NCBI GenBank assembly: GCA_038087875.1 | Contig: JAXLNO010000167.1 | Location: forward strand, 124,001-156,268 | Direction: 5' to 3' | Length of the DNA stretch: 32,268 nt | Source of the DNA: Malacoraja senta | Lineage: Eukaryota | Part shown: positions 21,552 through 32,140 of the stretch, one piece after another | Numbering within the stretch: position 1 is the stretch's first letter | How the letters are laid out: every line of letters begins with the position of its first letter | Translations under genes and position numbers: made by a program | The notes under the pieces: model-generated | What the model was told of the DNA's origin: nothing | What the model saw: only the letters and a program-made list of their open reading frames with translations | The model's database searches: none

Positions 21552-21724
21552 ACAAAGTGCTGGAGTAACTCAGCGGGACTGGCAACATCTCTGGAGAGAA
21601 GGAATGGGTGACGTTTCGGGCCGGGACCCTTCTTCAGTCTGAAGAAGGATCTCGACTCGAAACATGGCCCATTTCTTCTTTCCAGAGATGCTGCCTGTCC
21701 CGCTGAGTTACTCCAGCACTTTGT
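21552..21724. mobile_element. Palindromic element made of two inverted Penelope-like tails
   Basis: 21552-21637 is an imperfect reverse complement of 21639-21724, centred on CTTCAG-T-CTGAAG. Confidence 0.75.
21605..21640 (-). ncRNA. Putative minimal type I hammerhead ribozyme
   Basis: CUGAAGA (21631-21637), A, GGGUCCCGGCCC stem II, GAAACGUC (21610-21617): core boxes and GUC cleavage triplet intact; stem I is weak. Confidence 0.55.
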
Positions 21725-21922
21725 ACCTGTCCACATTCTCTCCGGAGATGCTGCCTGTCCCGCTGAGTTACTCCAGCACTTTGTGGCTACCTTTGATTTA
21801 AACCAGCATCTGCTGTTCCTTCCCACACAAAATGCTTTCCTTACACGGTGCATCTGTAGGAGTTGGGGAGAGTTGTGGAGTGTAGACTAGAAGGTAACGA
21901 GCTGGGACAAAGTTGTACTTCC

Positions 21923-22189
21923 ACTGGACATCGATGCGTTGATCTGGGGACTCCTTTTCTCCGAGAGAATTGCTCGCGGTGCAGAAATAGTCGCAGGTCT
22001 CGACCTGTACAGTGGCCCTCAGTCTGTATTCTGCACAATATCCCCACAGATCTGTAGACTGAGAGCCACAGAGCTTTCTCCAGCTGCAAGAGTTCACTAC
22101 AAGGTTGGCCTGTGATCCACACCGCAGTGTGATGTATTTACCAGCAGGAGGGGCTGTTGGAGCTGTGATCATCACATTGATAGGAGCGT
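21923..22189 (-). pseudogene. Siglec/CD22-like Ig-domain exon with broken splice donor
   Basis: ctgtag|AC GCT CCT gives (H)APINVMIT..ITLRCGSQAN..CSWRK..DYFCTASNSLGEKES..IDVQ; 267 bp, phase 1-1; the donor reads GGAAGT instead of GTAAGT. Confidence 0.8.
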
Positions 22190-22264
22190 CTACAGGGAGA
22201 AACATTCCCAGCGTCAGACACACACACACACAGTTGAGCTCCCTGTATATTTACGTCCATTTGT

Positions 22265-22710
22265 CTCGGTCTCTCTCTCTCTCTGTCTCTGTCGCTGTCT
22301 CTCTCTCTATTCCTCCCCTATCTCTGTCTCTCTCTCTCTGTCTCCCTCCCTCTCTAAGACTCTAACATTCTCTAAATCTAACATTAAGATTTTCCCTCCC
22401 TCTCTCCCTCTTCCTCTCTCTCTCTCCCCCTCTCTCCCTCCCGCAGTGCGGCGCTCCCTCCTTCCTGCACCTCCCTCCCTCCAGGAGAAAACTCCCAACT
22501 TGTCACACTGTATAACACCACGAGAGGGAGGGAGGGACAGAGAGAGGGAGAAAGGGAGTGAGAAAGAGAGAGAGGCAGTGAGAAAGAGAGAGAGGGAGGA
22601 ATGAGGGGAGAGGGAGAGGGTGGGAGGGAGGGAGTGAGAGAGAGTGAGAAAGCGAGGGAGAGAGAGGGAGTGAGAGAGAGAGAGGGAGAGAGGGAGAGAG
22701 GGAGGGGCAG
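22265..22710. repeat. CT-rich and GA-rich simple repeats (intron)
   Basis: (CT)n-like tract at 22265-22480 and (GA)n-like tract at 22520-22710. Confidence 0.9.
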
Positions 22711-22783
22711 TGAAGAGGGAATGCCGTTCCCTATAACGGGCAATGTTGAAGGGTTTGTGTACGGGATGGCGGGGAATACTCAC

Positions 22784-23057
22784 GCTGAACATTAACAGTG
22801 ATGGTCTCTGAGCTGACAGTTCCGATCTCGTTCCCCGCTGTACAGAGATACCGACCAGCTTGTTGTGAGGTAATTCTGTTGAACACCAGCGTCTGGTCCC
22901 AGTGTCTGTACACAAAGCCATTGCGGTACCAGGAGTATCTGTTCACGGGTGGATCACTCACACGTCAGACTCAGCCGGTCATTCATGTTCACGCTCACCT
23001 TCGCTCTGACCTCCACACCATTGACACGGGACTCAATGTGAACACCTTGTGGCTTAT
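22784..23057 (-). pseudogene. Siglec/CD22-like Ig-domain exon, frameshifted
   Basis: tttcag|AT AAG CCA gives KPQGVHIE..RLSLTC, then a frameshift to SDPPVNRYSWYRNG..LVFNRITSQQAGRYLCTAGNEIGTVSSETITVNVQ|gtgagt; 274 bp. Confidence 0.82.
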
Positions 23058-23214
23058 CTGAAACGTTTGGACAGGAAAGAGTTACCCAGGGTTAGACACA
23101 CACACACACACACACACACAAGCTCCCACTCTCTCTCCCTCTCCCTCCCTTTCCCCCCTCCCTCCCTCCTAACCACCCTAGTTCATTAGGGATACTCAGC
23201 ATGGTTTATTGTTC

Positions 23215-23621
23215 CGTTTAGTTTAGAGATATAGCGTGGAAACAGGCCCTTCGACCCACCGATTCTGTGCTGACCAGCGATCGCCCGTTCACAAGCTAGT
23301 TCTGTGCTTAGTTCAGAGATACAGCGTGGAAACAGGCCCTTCGGCCCACCGAGTCCATGCTGACCAGTGATCGCCGCACACTAACACTAACCTACACACA
23401 CACACACTAGGGGACAATTTACAATTTTTACCGAAGCCTATTAACCTGCAAACCTGCACGTCTTTGGAGTATGGGTGGAAACCGGAGCGCCCAGAGAAAA
23501 CCCACGCAGGTCACAGGGAGAACATGCAAACTCCACACAGACAGCACCCATGGTCGGGATGGAACCCGGGTCTCTGGCGCTGTGAGGCAGCAGCTCTACC
23601 CGCTGGGCCACCAGGCCGCCC
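23215..23621 (-). mobile_element. HE1-like V-SINE with duplicated 3' tail
   Basis: Head GGGCGGCCTGGTGGCCCAGCGGGTAGAGCTGC, B box GGTTCCATCC; the AGCGTGGAAACAGGCCCTTCG segment occurs twice. Confidence 0.88.
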
Positions 23622-23635
23622 TTATTCGGGTCAAT

Positions 23636-24068
23636 ATAGACAATAGACAACAGACAATAGGTGCAGGAGTAGGCCATTTGGCCCTTCAAACCAGCACCGC
23701 CATTCAATGTGATCATGGCTGATCATCCCCAATCAGTACCCCGTTCTTGCCTTCTCCCCATATCCCCTGACTCCCCTATCTTTAAGAGCCCTATCTAACT
23801 CTATCTTGGAAGCATCAAGAGAATCGGCCTCCACCGCCCTCTGAGGCAGAGAATTCCAGATTCACAACTCTCTGGGTGAAATAGTTTTTCCTCATCTCCG
23901 TTCTAAATGGCTGACCCCTTATTCTTAACCTGTGTGTGGCCCCTGGTTCTGGACTCCCCCGACATGGGAAACATGTTCTCGATGTTGGGGGAATCCAGAA
24001 CCAGGGGCCACAGTTTAAGAATAAGGGGTAATAGATTTAGAACGGATGACGAGGAAACACTTTTTCTG
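23636..24068. mobile_element. CR1 3' end (minus) joined to an inverted CR1 segment (plus)
   Basis: (TTGTCTA)n tail at 23636-23660; strand switch at AACATGTT (23970-23977). Confidence 0.8.
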
Positions 24069-25580
24069 ACAAATTTCAACCTTTGATTAGAGCAAAATCT
24101 TTCCCCCTTGACTCTACAGCAATTGGTGCCTTTACTTCTTTAAAGAAACAATTAGAATCTGCGACATTACAGGCCATCGATGAGGATCTCCCCTTTGTTG
24201 TTGAATGTGATGCTTCTGATTTAGCAGTATCAGCAACATTAAATCAAGGAGGACGACCAGTGGCTTTCATGTCTCGTACTCTCCAAGGTAGTGAATTGCA
24301 CTACTCACCCGTCGAATAGGAAGCTACAGCAATTATTGAAGCAGTGAGAAAATGGAGTAATTTCCTTGCTCGGCAGCACTTCACTTTGATAATAGATCAG
24401 CGTTCAGTAGCTTTTATGCTGGATAATCGGAAACAAACGATGATTAAAACCAGTAAAATTCATGAATGGAGGATTGAATTATCTGCATATAGTTATTCAA
24501 TTGAGTACCGCCCTGGTAAGGATAATGTTACTCCGGATACATTAACTCAAGCATTTTGTGCCTCTGTTCATTCTTCTGCACTCACTGATCTTCACAATGG
24601 GATGTGTCATCCTGGAGTCACTCGTTTGTTACACAATGTTCGTTCCAAAAACGTACCTTTCTCTACAGAAGATGTGAAGATGACGTGTGCTTCATGTAGA
24701 ATCTGTGCTGAATTAAAACCAAGGTTCTTCCGTCCTGAAGAAGGAAGATTGATCAAAGCTACTTAACCTATGGAACGTTTGATTATTGACTTCAAAGGGC
24801 CTTTACCATCCTCCTCTCGAAATGTTTACTTACCATAGTTGATGAATATTCGAGGTTTCCATTTGCCTTTCCTTGTCCAAATATGTCAGCTGCTACGGTT
24901 ATCAAATGTTTAGATCAACTGTTTTCACTCTGTGGATTTCCAAGTTACGTACATTCTTATTGGGGCACCTCATTCATGTCAAAATATTTAAAAGACTATC
25001 TTTCTAATAGAGGAATTGCAACAAGTAAAACAACACCATATCATCCTATTGGAAATGGTCAAGTTGAGACGTATAACGGAATCATTTGGAAAGCAGTGAA
25101 ACTGGCTTTAAAGTCAAATGACCATACCAGATCAGCAGTGGGAATGTGTTCTACCAGATGCATTACACTCCATCAGATCACTACTGTCAACTGCTACCAA
25201 TACTACTCCACATTAGCGGTTCTTTAACTTCAAACGGCGTTCTTCTAGTGGTACTTCTCTGCCATCATGGTTGACTAGCCATGGGCCTGTGTTGCTTCGT
25301 CGTTATGTCCGATCAAATAAGAAACAGCCTTTTGTTGATGAAGTTGAACTCTGATGTTAACCCTTCTTATGCAACTATCATGTATCAAGATGGATGTCAG
25401 TCAACTGTCTCACTTCGTGACCTTGCACCATGTCCGTCTACTCCATCAGCTCCATCACTCCTTGATAATATTAATCGAGAACTTCCTTCAACACTCCCAT
25501 TACCCCCTATGGAAACTTCTATAAGTAATTCTAAAATTGAAAATGTAAATAACAATATGAGTGAAGTTGATGACCCCCTC
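24069..25580 (+). mobile_element. Gypsy pol fragment (RNase H and integrase), decayed
   Basis: FVVECDASDLAV..GRPVAFMSR..YSPVE*EATAII, IEYRPGKDN, H..CHPG..CASC zinc finger, IDFKGPLP, TTPYHPIGNGQVE; in-frame stops and frameshifts; no LTRs. Confidence 0.92.
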
Positions 25581-25735
25581 TCTCTCCCCCCTCTCTCGCC
25601 CTCTTCCACCTCTCTCTCTCCCCCCTCTCGCTCACCCCCTCGCTCTCCTCGTCTCTCTCTGTCTCTGTGTCTCTCTGTCTCTCTCTCTCTCTCTCTCTGT
25701 GTCTGTCCCTCTCTTTCTCACTCTCTCTCTCTTTC
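25575..25735. repeat. CT-rich simple repeat
   Basis: (CT)n-like tract forming the polypyrimidine tract of the next exon; more at 25995-26192. Confidence 0.9.
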
Positions 25736-25737
25736 AG

Positions 25738-25858
25738 GTAGCCACATCACTACTATCGGAGTGGATTTCAAGATTCAGACGGTCGATGTTAATGGGGAGA
25801 AGATGAAGCTGCAGATCTGGGAAACCGCTGGCCAAGGATTCAGTACAATCACGTCTAC
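25738..25858 (+). pseudogene. RAB35: Isolated degenerate RAB35 coding exon, 121 bp
   Basis: tttcag|GT AGC CAC...TCT AC|gtaagt encodes [44 protein letters not shown]35 has [42 protein letters not shown]. Confidence 0.88.
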
Positions 25859-26191
25859 GTAAGTTCAATCCCCCTCTCCCACCCATCTCACACCCCAACC
25901 TCTCCCCCTATCCCCCCTCCCTCAAGTCGCCAACTTTATTTGTCACATACACATACAAGATGTACAGTGAAATGAAAGTGGCCATGCCTGCAGGATCCCC
26001 CTCCCTCCCCTGCTCCCTCTCCCCTCTCCTCTCCCTCTCCTCTACCCCTTTCCCCCCTCTCTCCCATCCCACCCCCTCCTTCTTCCCCCCCTCTCTCCCC
26101 ACTCCCTCTCTCCCCCTCTTTCTCTCTCCTCCTCTCTCTCCCTCCCCCCTCTGTCTCTCCCCACTCCCCCCTCCATCTCCCCACTCTCCCT

Positions 26192-26800
26192 CATAAGGTC
26201 AAAAGCTCATAAGTGATAGGGACAGAATTAGGCCATTCAGCCCATCAAGTCTACGCCATTCAAAAATGGCTGATCTATCTCCCTCCTAACCCATTCTCCT
26301 GCCTTCTCCGCATAACCCCTGACACCCCCACTAATCAACAATTAAACCACCTATCTCTGCCTTAAAAATACCCACTGACATTTGGCCTCCACCGCCATTT
26401 GTGAATCCCACAGATTCCCCACCCTCTGGCTAAATAAATTCCCCCTCATTTCCTTCCTGAAGGAACGTCCTTTAATTCTGAGGCTGCGCCCTCTGGTCCT
26501 AGACTCTCCCACTCGTGGAAATATCCTCTCCACATCCACTGTATCCAGGCCTTTCACTGTTTGCTAAAGTTTCAATGAGGTCCCCCCCCCCTCGTTCTTC
26601 TAAACTCCAGCGAGTACAGGTCCAGCGCCGACAAACGCTCATCGTACGTTAACCCACTCATTCCTGGGATCTGTTGCCGTGAACCTCCTCTGGACCCTCT
26701 CCAGAGCCGGCACATCCTTCCTCAGATATGGGGCCCAAAATTGCTCACAGTTACGCCGAATGCGACCGGACCAGCGCCTCACAGAGCCTTGTTTTTGTAA
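26192..26800 (-). mobile_element. CR1/HER1 LINE 3' fragment
   Basis: KGLDTVDVERIFPRVGESRTRGRSLRIKG..FSQRVGNLW plus the CR1 3' UTR. Confidence 0.88.
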
Positions 26801-27200
26801 ACAAGTAACATTAGCAAATTTGCAGATGACACAAAGCTGGGTGGCAGTGTGAACTGTGAGGAGGATGCTATGAGAATGCAGGGTGACTTGGACTGGTTGG
26901 GTGAGTGGGCAGATGCATGGCAGATGCAGTTAAATGTGGATAAACGTGAAGTTATCTACTTTGGTAACAAAAACAGGAAGGCAGATTACTATCTGAATGG
27001 TGTCAAGTTGGAAAAAGGGGAAGTACAACAGGATCTGGGGGTCCTTGTTCATCAGTCAATGAAAGTAAGCATGCAGATACAGCAGGCAGTGAAGAAAGCA
27101 AATGGCATGTTGGCCTTCATAACAAGAGGTTGAGTATAGGAGCAAAGAGGTCCTTATCCAGTTGTATAGTGTCCTATTGAGACCACACCTGGAGTATTGT

Positions 27201-27311
27201 TATTATTATTATTAACATTATACTTATGGGCACCTTTCAAAGACTCTCAAGGACGCCTTACAAAATGTAAGAAGCAGATTACAAAACATATAAGCAGAAT
27301 AAAACCAAAAA
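27201..27311 (-). mobile_element. L2-type 3' tail fragment
   Basis: Minus strand TGTAAGGCGTCCTTGAGAGTCTTTGAAAGGTGCCCATAAG..(AAT)n, inserted in the CR1 EYCVQ codons. Confidence 0.6.
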
Positions 27312-27737
27312 GTGTGCAGCTTTGGTCTCCAAATTTGAGGAAGGACATTCTTGCTACTGAGGGAGTGCAGTGTAGGTTCACAAGATTAATTCCCGAGATG
27401 GCGGGACTGTCATATGCTGAGAGAATGAAGCGGCTGGATTTGTATGCTCTGGAATTTAGAAGGATGAGAGGGTATCTTATTGAAACATATAAGATTATTA
27501 AGGGTTTGGACACTCTAGAGGCAGGAAACATGTTCCCGATGTTGGGGGAGCTCAGAACCAGGGGCCACAGTTTAAGAATAAGGGGTAAGTCATTTAGAAT
27601 GGAGATGAGGAAACACACCCAGAGTTGTGAGTCTGTGGAATTCTCTGCCTCAGAGGCCGGTTCTCTGGATACTTTCAAGAGAGAGCTAGATAGGGCTCTT
27701 AAAGATACGGGGAAAAGGCAGGAATGGGGTACTGATT

Positions 27738-29813
27738 ACATAGATACATAGAAAATAGGTGCAGGAGTAGGCCATTCGGCCCTTCGAGCCTGCACCGCCA
27801 TTCAATATGATCATGGCTGATCATCCAACTCAGTATCCCGTACCTGCCTTCTCTCCATACCCCCTGATCCCTTTAGCCACAAGGGCCACATCTAACTCCC
27901 TCTTAAATATAGCCAATGAACTGGCCTCAACTACCCTCTGTGGCAGAGAGTTCCAGAGATTCACCACTCTCTGTGTGAAAAAGTTTTTCCTCATCTCAGT
28001 CTTAAAGGATTTCCCCCTTATCCTTAAGCTGTGACCCCTTGTCCTGGACTTCCCCAACATCGGGAACAATCTTCCTGCATCTAGCCTGTCCAACCCCATA
28101 AGAATTTTGTACGTTTCTATAAGATCCCCTCTCAATCTCCTAAATTCTAGCGAGTATAAGCCAAGTCTATCCAGTCTTTCTTCATATGAAAGTCCTGACA
28201 TCCCAGGAATCAGTCTGGTGAACCTTCTCTGCACTCCCTCTATGGCTATAATGTCCTTCCTCAGATTTGGAGACCAAAACTGTACGCAATACTCCAGGTG
28301 TGGTCTCACCAAGACCCTGTACAACTGCAGTAGAACCTCCCTGCTCCTATACTCAAATCCTTTTGCTATGAAAGCTAACATACCATTCGCTTTCTTCACT
28401 GCCTGCTGCACCTGCATGCCTACTTTCAATGACTGGTGTACCATGACACCCAGGTCTCGCTGCATCTCCCCTTTTCCTAATCGGCCACCATTTAGATAAT
28501 AGTCTGCTTTCCTGTTTTTGCCACCAAAGTGGATAACCTCACATTTATCCACATTATACTGCATCTGCCAAACATTTGCCCACTCACCCAGCCTATCCAA
28601 GTCACCTTGCAGTCTCCTAGCATCCTCCTCACAGCTAACACTGCCCCCCAGCTTAGTGTCATCCGCAAGCTTGGAGATGTTGCCTTCAATTCCCTCATCC
28701 AGTTCATTAATATAAATTGTAAATAGCTGGGGTCCCAGCACTGAGCCTTGCGGTACCCCACTAGTCACTGCCTGCCATTGTGAAAAGGACCCGTTTACTC
28801 CTACTCTTTGCTTCCTGTTTCCCAGCCAGTTCTCTATCCACATCAATACTGAACCCCCAATACCGTGTGCTTTAAGTTTGTATACTAATCTCTTATGTGG
28901 GACCTTGTCGAAAGCCTTCTGAAAGTCCAGATACAACACATCCACTGGTTCTCCCCTATCCACTCTACTAGTTACATCCTCGAAAAATTCTATAAGATTC
29001 GTCAGACATGATTTACCTTTCGTAAATCCATGCTGAATTTGTCCAATGATTTCACCACTTTCCAAATGTGCTGCTATCCCATCTTTAATAACTGACTCCA
29101 GCAGTTTCCCCACTACCGATGTTAGACTAAGTGGTCTGTAATTCCCCGTTTTCTCTCTCCCCCCTTCTTAAAAAGTGGGGTTACGTTTGCTACCCTCCAA
29201 TCCTCAGGAACTACTCCAGAATCTAAAGAGTTTTGAAAAATTATCACTAATGCATCCACTATTTCTGGAGCTACTTCCTTAAGTACTCTGGGATGCAGCC
29301 TATCTGGCCCTGGTGATTTATCGGCCTTTAATCCATTCAATTTACCCAACACCACTTCCCGACTAACCTGGATTTCACTGAGTTCCTCCATCTCCTTTGA
29401 CCCGCGGTCCCCTGCTATTTCCGGCAGATTATTTATGTCTTCCTTAGTGAAGACGGAACCAAAGTAGTTATTCAATTGGTCCGCCATATCCTTGTTCCCC
29501 ATGATCAATTCACCTGTTTCTGACTGCAAGGGACCTACATTTGTTTTAACTAATCTCTTTCTCTTCACATATCTATAAAACCTTTTGCAGTCAGTGTTTA
29601 TGTTCCCTGCCAGTTTTCTTTCATAATCTCTTTTCCCTTTCCTAATTAAGCCCTTTGTCCTCCTCTGCTGGTCTCTGAATTTCTCCCAGTCCTCTGGTAT
29701 GCTGCTTTTTCTGGCTAATTTGTACGCATCATCTTTTGCGTTGATACTATTCCTGATTTCCTTTGTTATACACGGATGCACTACCTTCCCTGATTTATTC
29801 TTTTGCCAAACTG
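27738..29813 (-). mobile_element. Young 5'-truncated CR1/HER1 LINE
   Basis: ORF2 from the tether region through RT with one frameshift at ~29155; (TCTATGTA)n tail; CTGATT at 27732-27737 and 29822-29827; near-identical to 15238-15957. Confidence 0.96.
27830..29113 (-). pseudogene. CR1 ORF2 reverse transcriptase and C-terminal domain
   Basis: QHGFTKGKSCLTNL, LDFQKAFDKV, SGVPQGSVLGP, LADD (family FADD), RPHLEYCVQFW; no endonuclease domain. Confidence 0.92.
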
Positions 29814-30149
29814 ACTGATGGCTGATTGTGGATGATCAGCCATGATCACAGTGAATGGCGGTGCTATCTTGAAGGGCTGAATGGCCTACTCCTGCATCTG
29901 TTGTCTATTGACTTGCAGATTAACTTTTTGGGAAGTTCTCCCCTTCACTCCTCACCCCCTCCCTCGCCCACTCCCTCACCCCCTCCCTCGCCCCCTCCCT
30001 CACCCCCTTCCTCTCTCTCTCTCTCCCTCTCTCACTCCCCCCTCCCTCCCCACAATAGAAGGCTTTTTATCGGGATGAATCACAGCACGGTTTAGGAACA
30101 GCTCCGTCCAAGACCCGCAGGTAATCACAGAGTTGTGGAGGAAGGAACT

Positions 30150-30460
30150 GCAGATGCCTGTCCCGCTGAGTTACTCCAGCACTTTGTACCTGTCTACATT
30201 CTGCAGAGATGCTGCCTGACCCACTGAGTTACTCCATCACTTTGTACCTGTCTACGTTTTCCAGAGATGCTGCCTGTCCCGCTGAGTTACCCCACCACTT
30301 TGTACCTGTCCACGTTCTCCATAGATGCTGCCTGATCTGCTGAGTTACTCCAGCACTTTGTACCTGTCCACGTTCTCCACAGATGCTGTCTGACCCGCTG
30401 AGTTACTCCAGCACATTGTGTCCATCATCAATTTTAAACCAGCATCTGCAGTTCCTTGCC
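30150..30460 (+). repeat. 58-bp tandem array (about 5 units) derived from the Penelope-like tail
   Basis: GATGCTG at 30208, 30266, 30324 and 30382; the unit contains CTGAGTTACTCCAGCACTTTGTACCTGTC. Confidence 0.9.
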
Positions 30461-30467
30461 ACACACT

Positions 30468-30850
30468 TAGAAACATAGAAAATAGTTGCAGTAGACCTTT
30501 CGACCCTTCGAGCCAGCACCGCAATTCAATATGATCATGGCTGATCATCCACAATCAGTTCCCCGTTCCTGCCTTCTCCCCATATCCCTTGATTGCGTTA
30601 GCCCTAAGAGCTAACTCTAACTGTCTTGAAAGCATCCAGAGAATTGGCCTCCACTGCCTTCTGAGGCAGAGAATCCCACAGATTCACAACTCTCTGGGTG
30701 GAAAATGTTCTCCTCATCTCAGTCCTAAATAGCTGAACCCTAATTCTTAAACTGTGTGTTGCCCCTGGTTCTGGGCTACCCCAACATCGGGAACATATTT
30801 CTTGCATCTAGCCTGTCCAATCCCTAAAGAATTTTATATGTTTCTCTAAG
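30468..30850 (-). mobile_element. CR1/HER1 LINE 3' fragment
   Basis: HSLRIRVQLFRTEMRRTFSTQRVVNLWDSLPQK plus a (TCTATGTT)-type tail. Confidence 0.88.
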
Positions 30851-32140
30851 TTGCCCAAGCAGTTGTCCCCACGTGCCTTAAAACCACCTCCATCGTGCCG
30901 GTGCCAAAACACTCCACTGCGGCGAGCCTTAATGACTTGGCGTGATATTTGACTCAGCACTGAAATTTGACAAATAAGTCAATGCCGTGGTAAAAGCTAG
31001 CTTCTTTCAGCTTTGGACGATAGCTAAAATAAAATAATTCCTCCAGTCTGATGACCTCGAAAAGATCATCCACACATTCATCTCCTCCCGCCTAGATTAC
31101 TGCAACTCCCTTTACACTGGCATCAGCCAATCTTCCCTGTCCCGCCTGCAACTGGTCCAAAACGCCACAGCGAGACTCCTGACGGGCACCCGAAAAAAGG
31201 ACCACATCACCCCGATCCTGGCCTCTCTCCACTGGCTCCCTGTGTGGTTCCGTATAAACTTCAAGATCCTCCTCCATGTCTACAAAGCCCTCAATGGGCT
31301 TGCCCCCACCTACATAAAAAGTCTTCTCACCCACCACTCCACCTCCAGGCCCCTCAGATCAGCCGACTTGGGGTTGATGAATATCCCACGGTCCAGGCAT
31401 AAGCTCAGGGGCGACCGCGCCTATGCGGTTGCAGCCCCTAGACTGTGGAACAGCATCCCCTTTCCCATCAGAACTGCCCCCTCCATCGACTCTTTTAAGT
31501 CAAGACTAAAAACTTATCTATACTCCCAAGCCTTTCCTGACGTCCTCTGAGTGAGGGCTACATGTATATATTATGTAGTTTGTTTTGTTTATGCTATTCT
31601 TATAACAAATGTAAAGCACTTTGGCCAACGAGAGTTGTTTTTTAAATGTGCTATATAAATAATTGTGACTTGACTTGACTGACTTCCGCCCAGTTACACT
31701 TACTCCCATCATCACCAAGTGCTTCGAGAGGCTGGTCCTGGCACACCCTCAAAGGCTGCCTACCTCCCACACTGGAACCCTATCAGTTTGCCTACCGCAA
31801 GAACAGGAGTACGGAGGATGCCATCTCAATAGAACTCCACTCCGCCCTCTCCCAACTCGACAACACAAGCACCTACGTGAGAATGCTGTTCATCGACTAT
31901 AGCTCAGCATTCAACACCATTATCCCCTCAAAACTGATCACCAAACTCAGCGACCTGGGCATCAACCTCCCTCTGCAACTGGTTACTGGACTTCCTAACT
32001 AACAGACCCCAGTCTGTTAGGTTGGACAACAACACCTCTTCAAACCTCACCCTGAACACCGGCGTTCCACAGGGCTGTGTACTGAGCCCCCTCCTCTACT
32101 CCCTCTTCACCTACGACTGCACACCTGTACATGGTTCTAA
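30851..32140 (+). mobile_element. Rex1/Babar-like LINE RT fragment, split by an L2
   Basis: VPTCLKTTSIVPVPK..LN | [67 protein letters not shown]. Confidence 0.9.
30939..31679 (+). mobile_element. L2 LINE 3' fragment
   Basis: GVIFDS..SRLDYCNSL..LQLVQN..DHITPILASLHWLPV..FKILL; (TGACT)n tail; TSD TGACTT at 30933-30938 and 31680-31685. Confidence 0.92.

Larger units (their letters stand above)
26806..29910 (+). mobile_element. Older CR1/HER1 LINE, split by two insertions
   Basis: SKFADDTKLGG..QGDLD..VKKANGMLAFI; interrupted at 27201-27311 and 27738-29821; the 3' UTR resumes at 29822. Confidence 0.88.

Noticed and set aside
20793..22921. His/Thr-rich and Ser/Leu-rich ORFs (also 25561-26196)
   Set aside because: Translations of (GT)n, (CT)n and (GA)n simple repeats.
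16628..23057. Functional Siglec-TADA1 chimeric gene on the minus strand
   Set aside because: One Ig exon is frameshifted, the other lacks its donor, and phase 1 does not match TADA1 exon 2 (phase 2); no upstream exons were seen.
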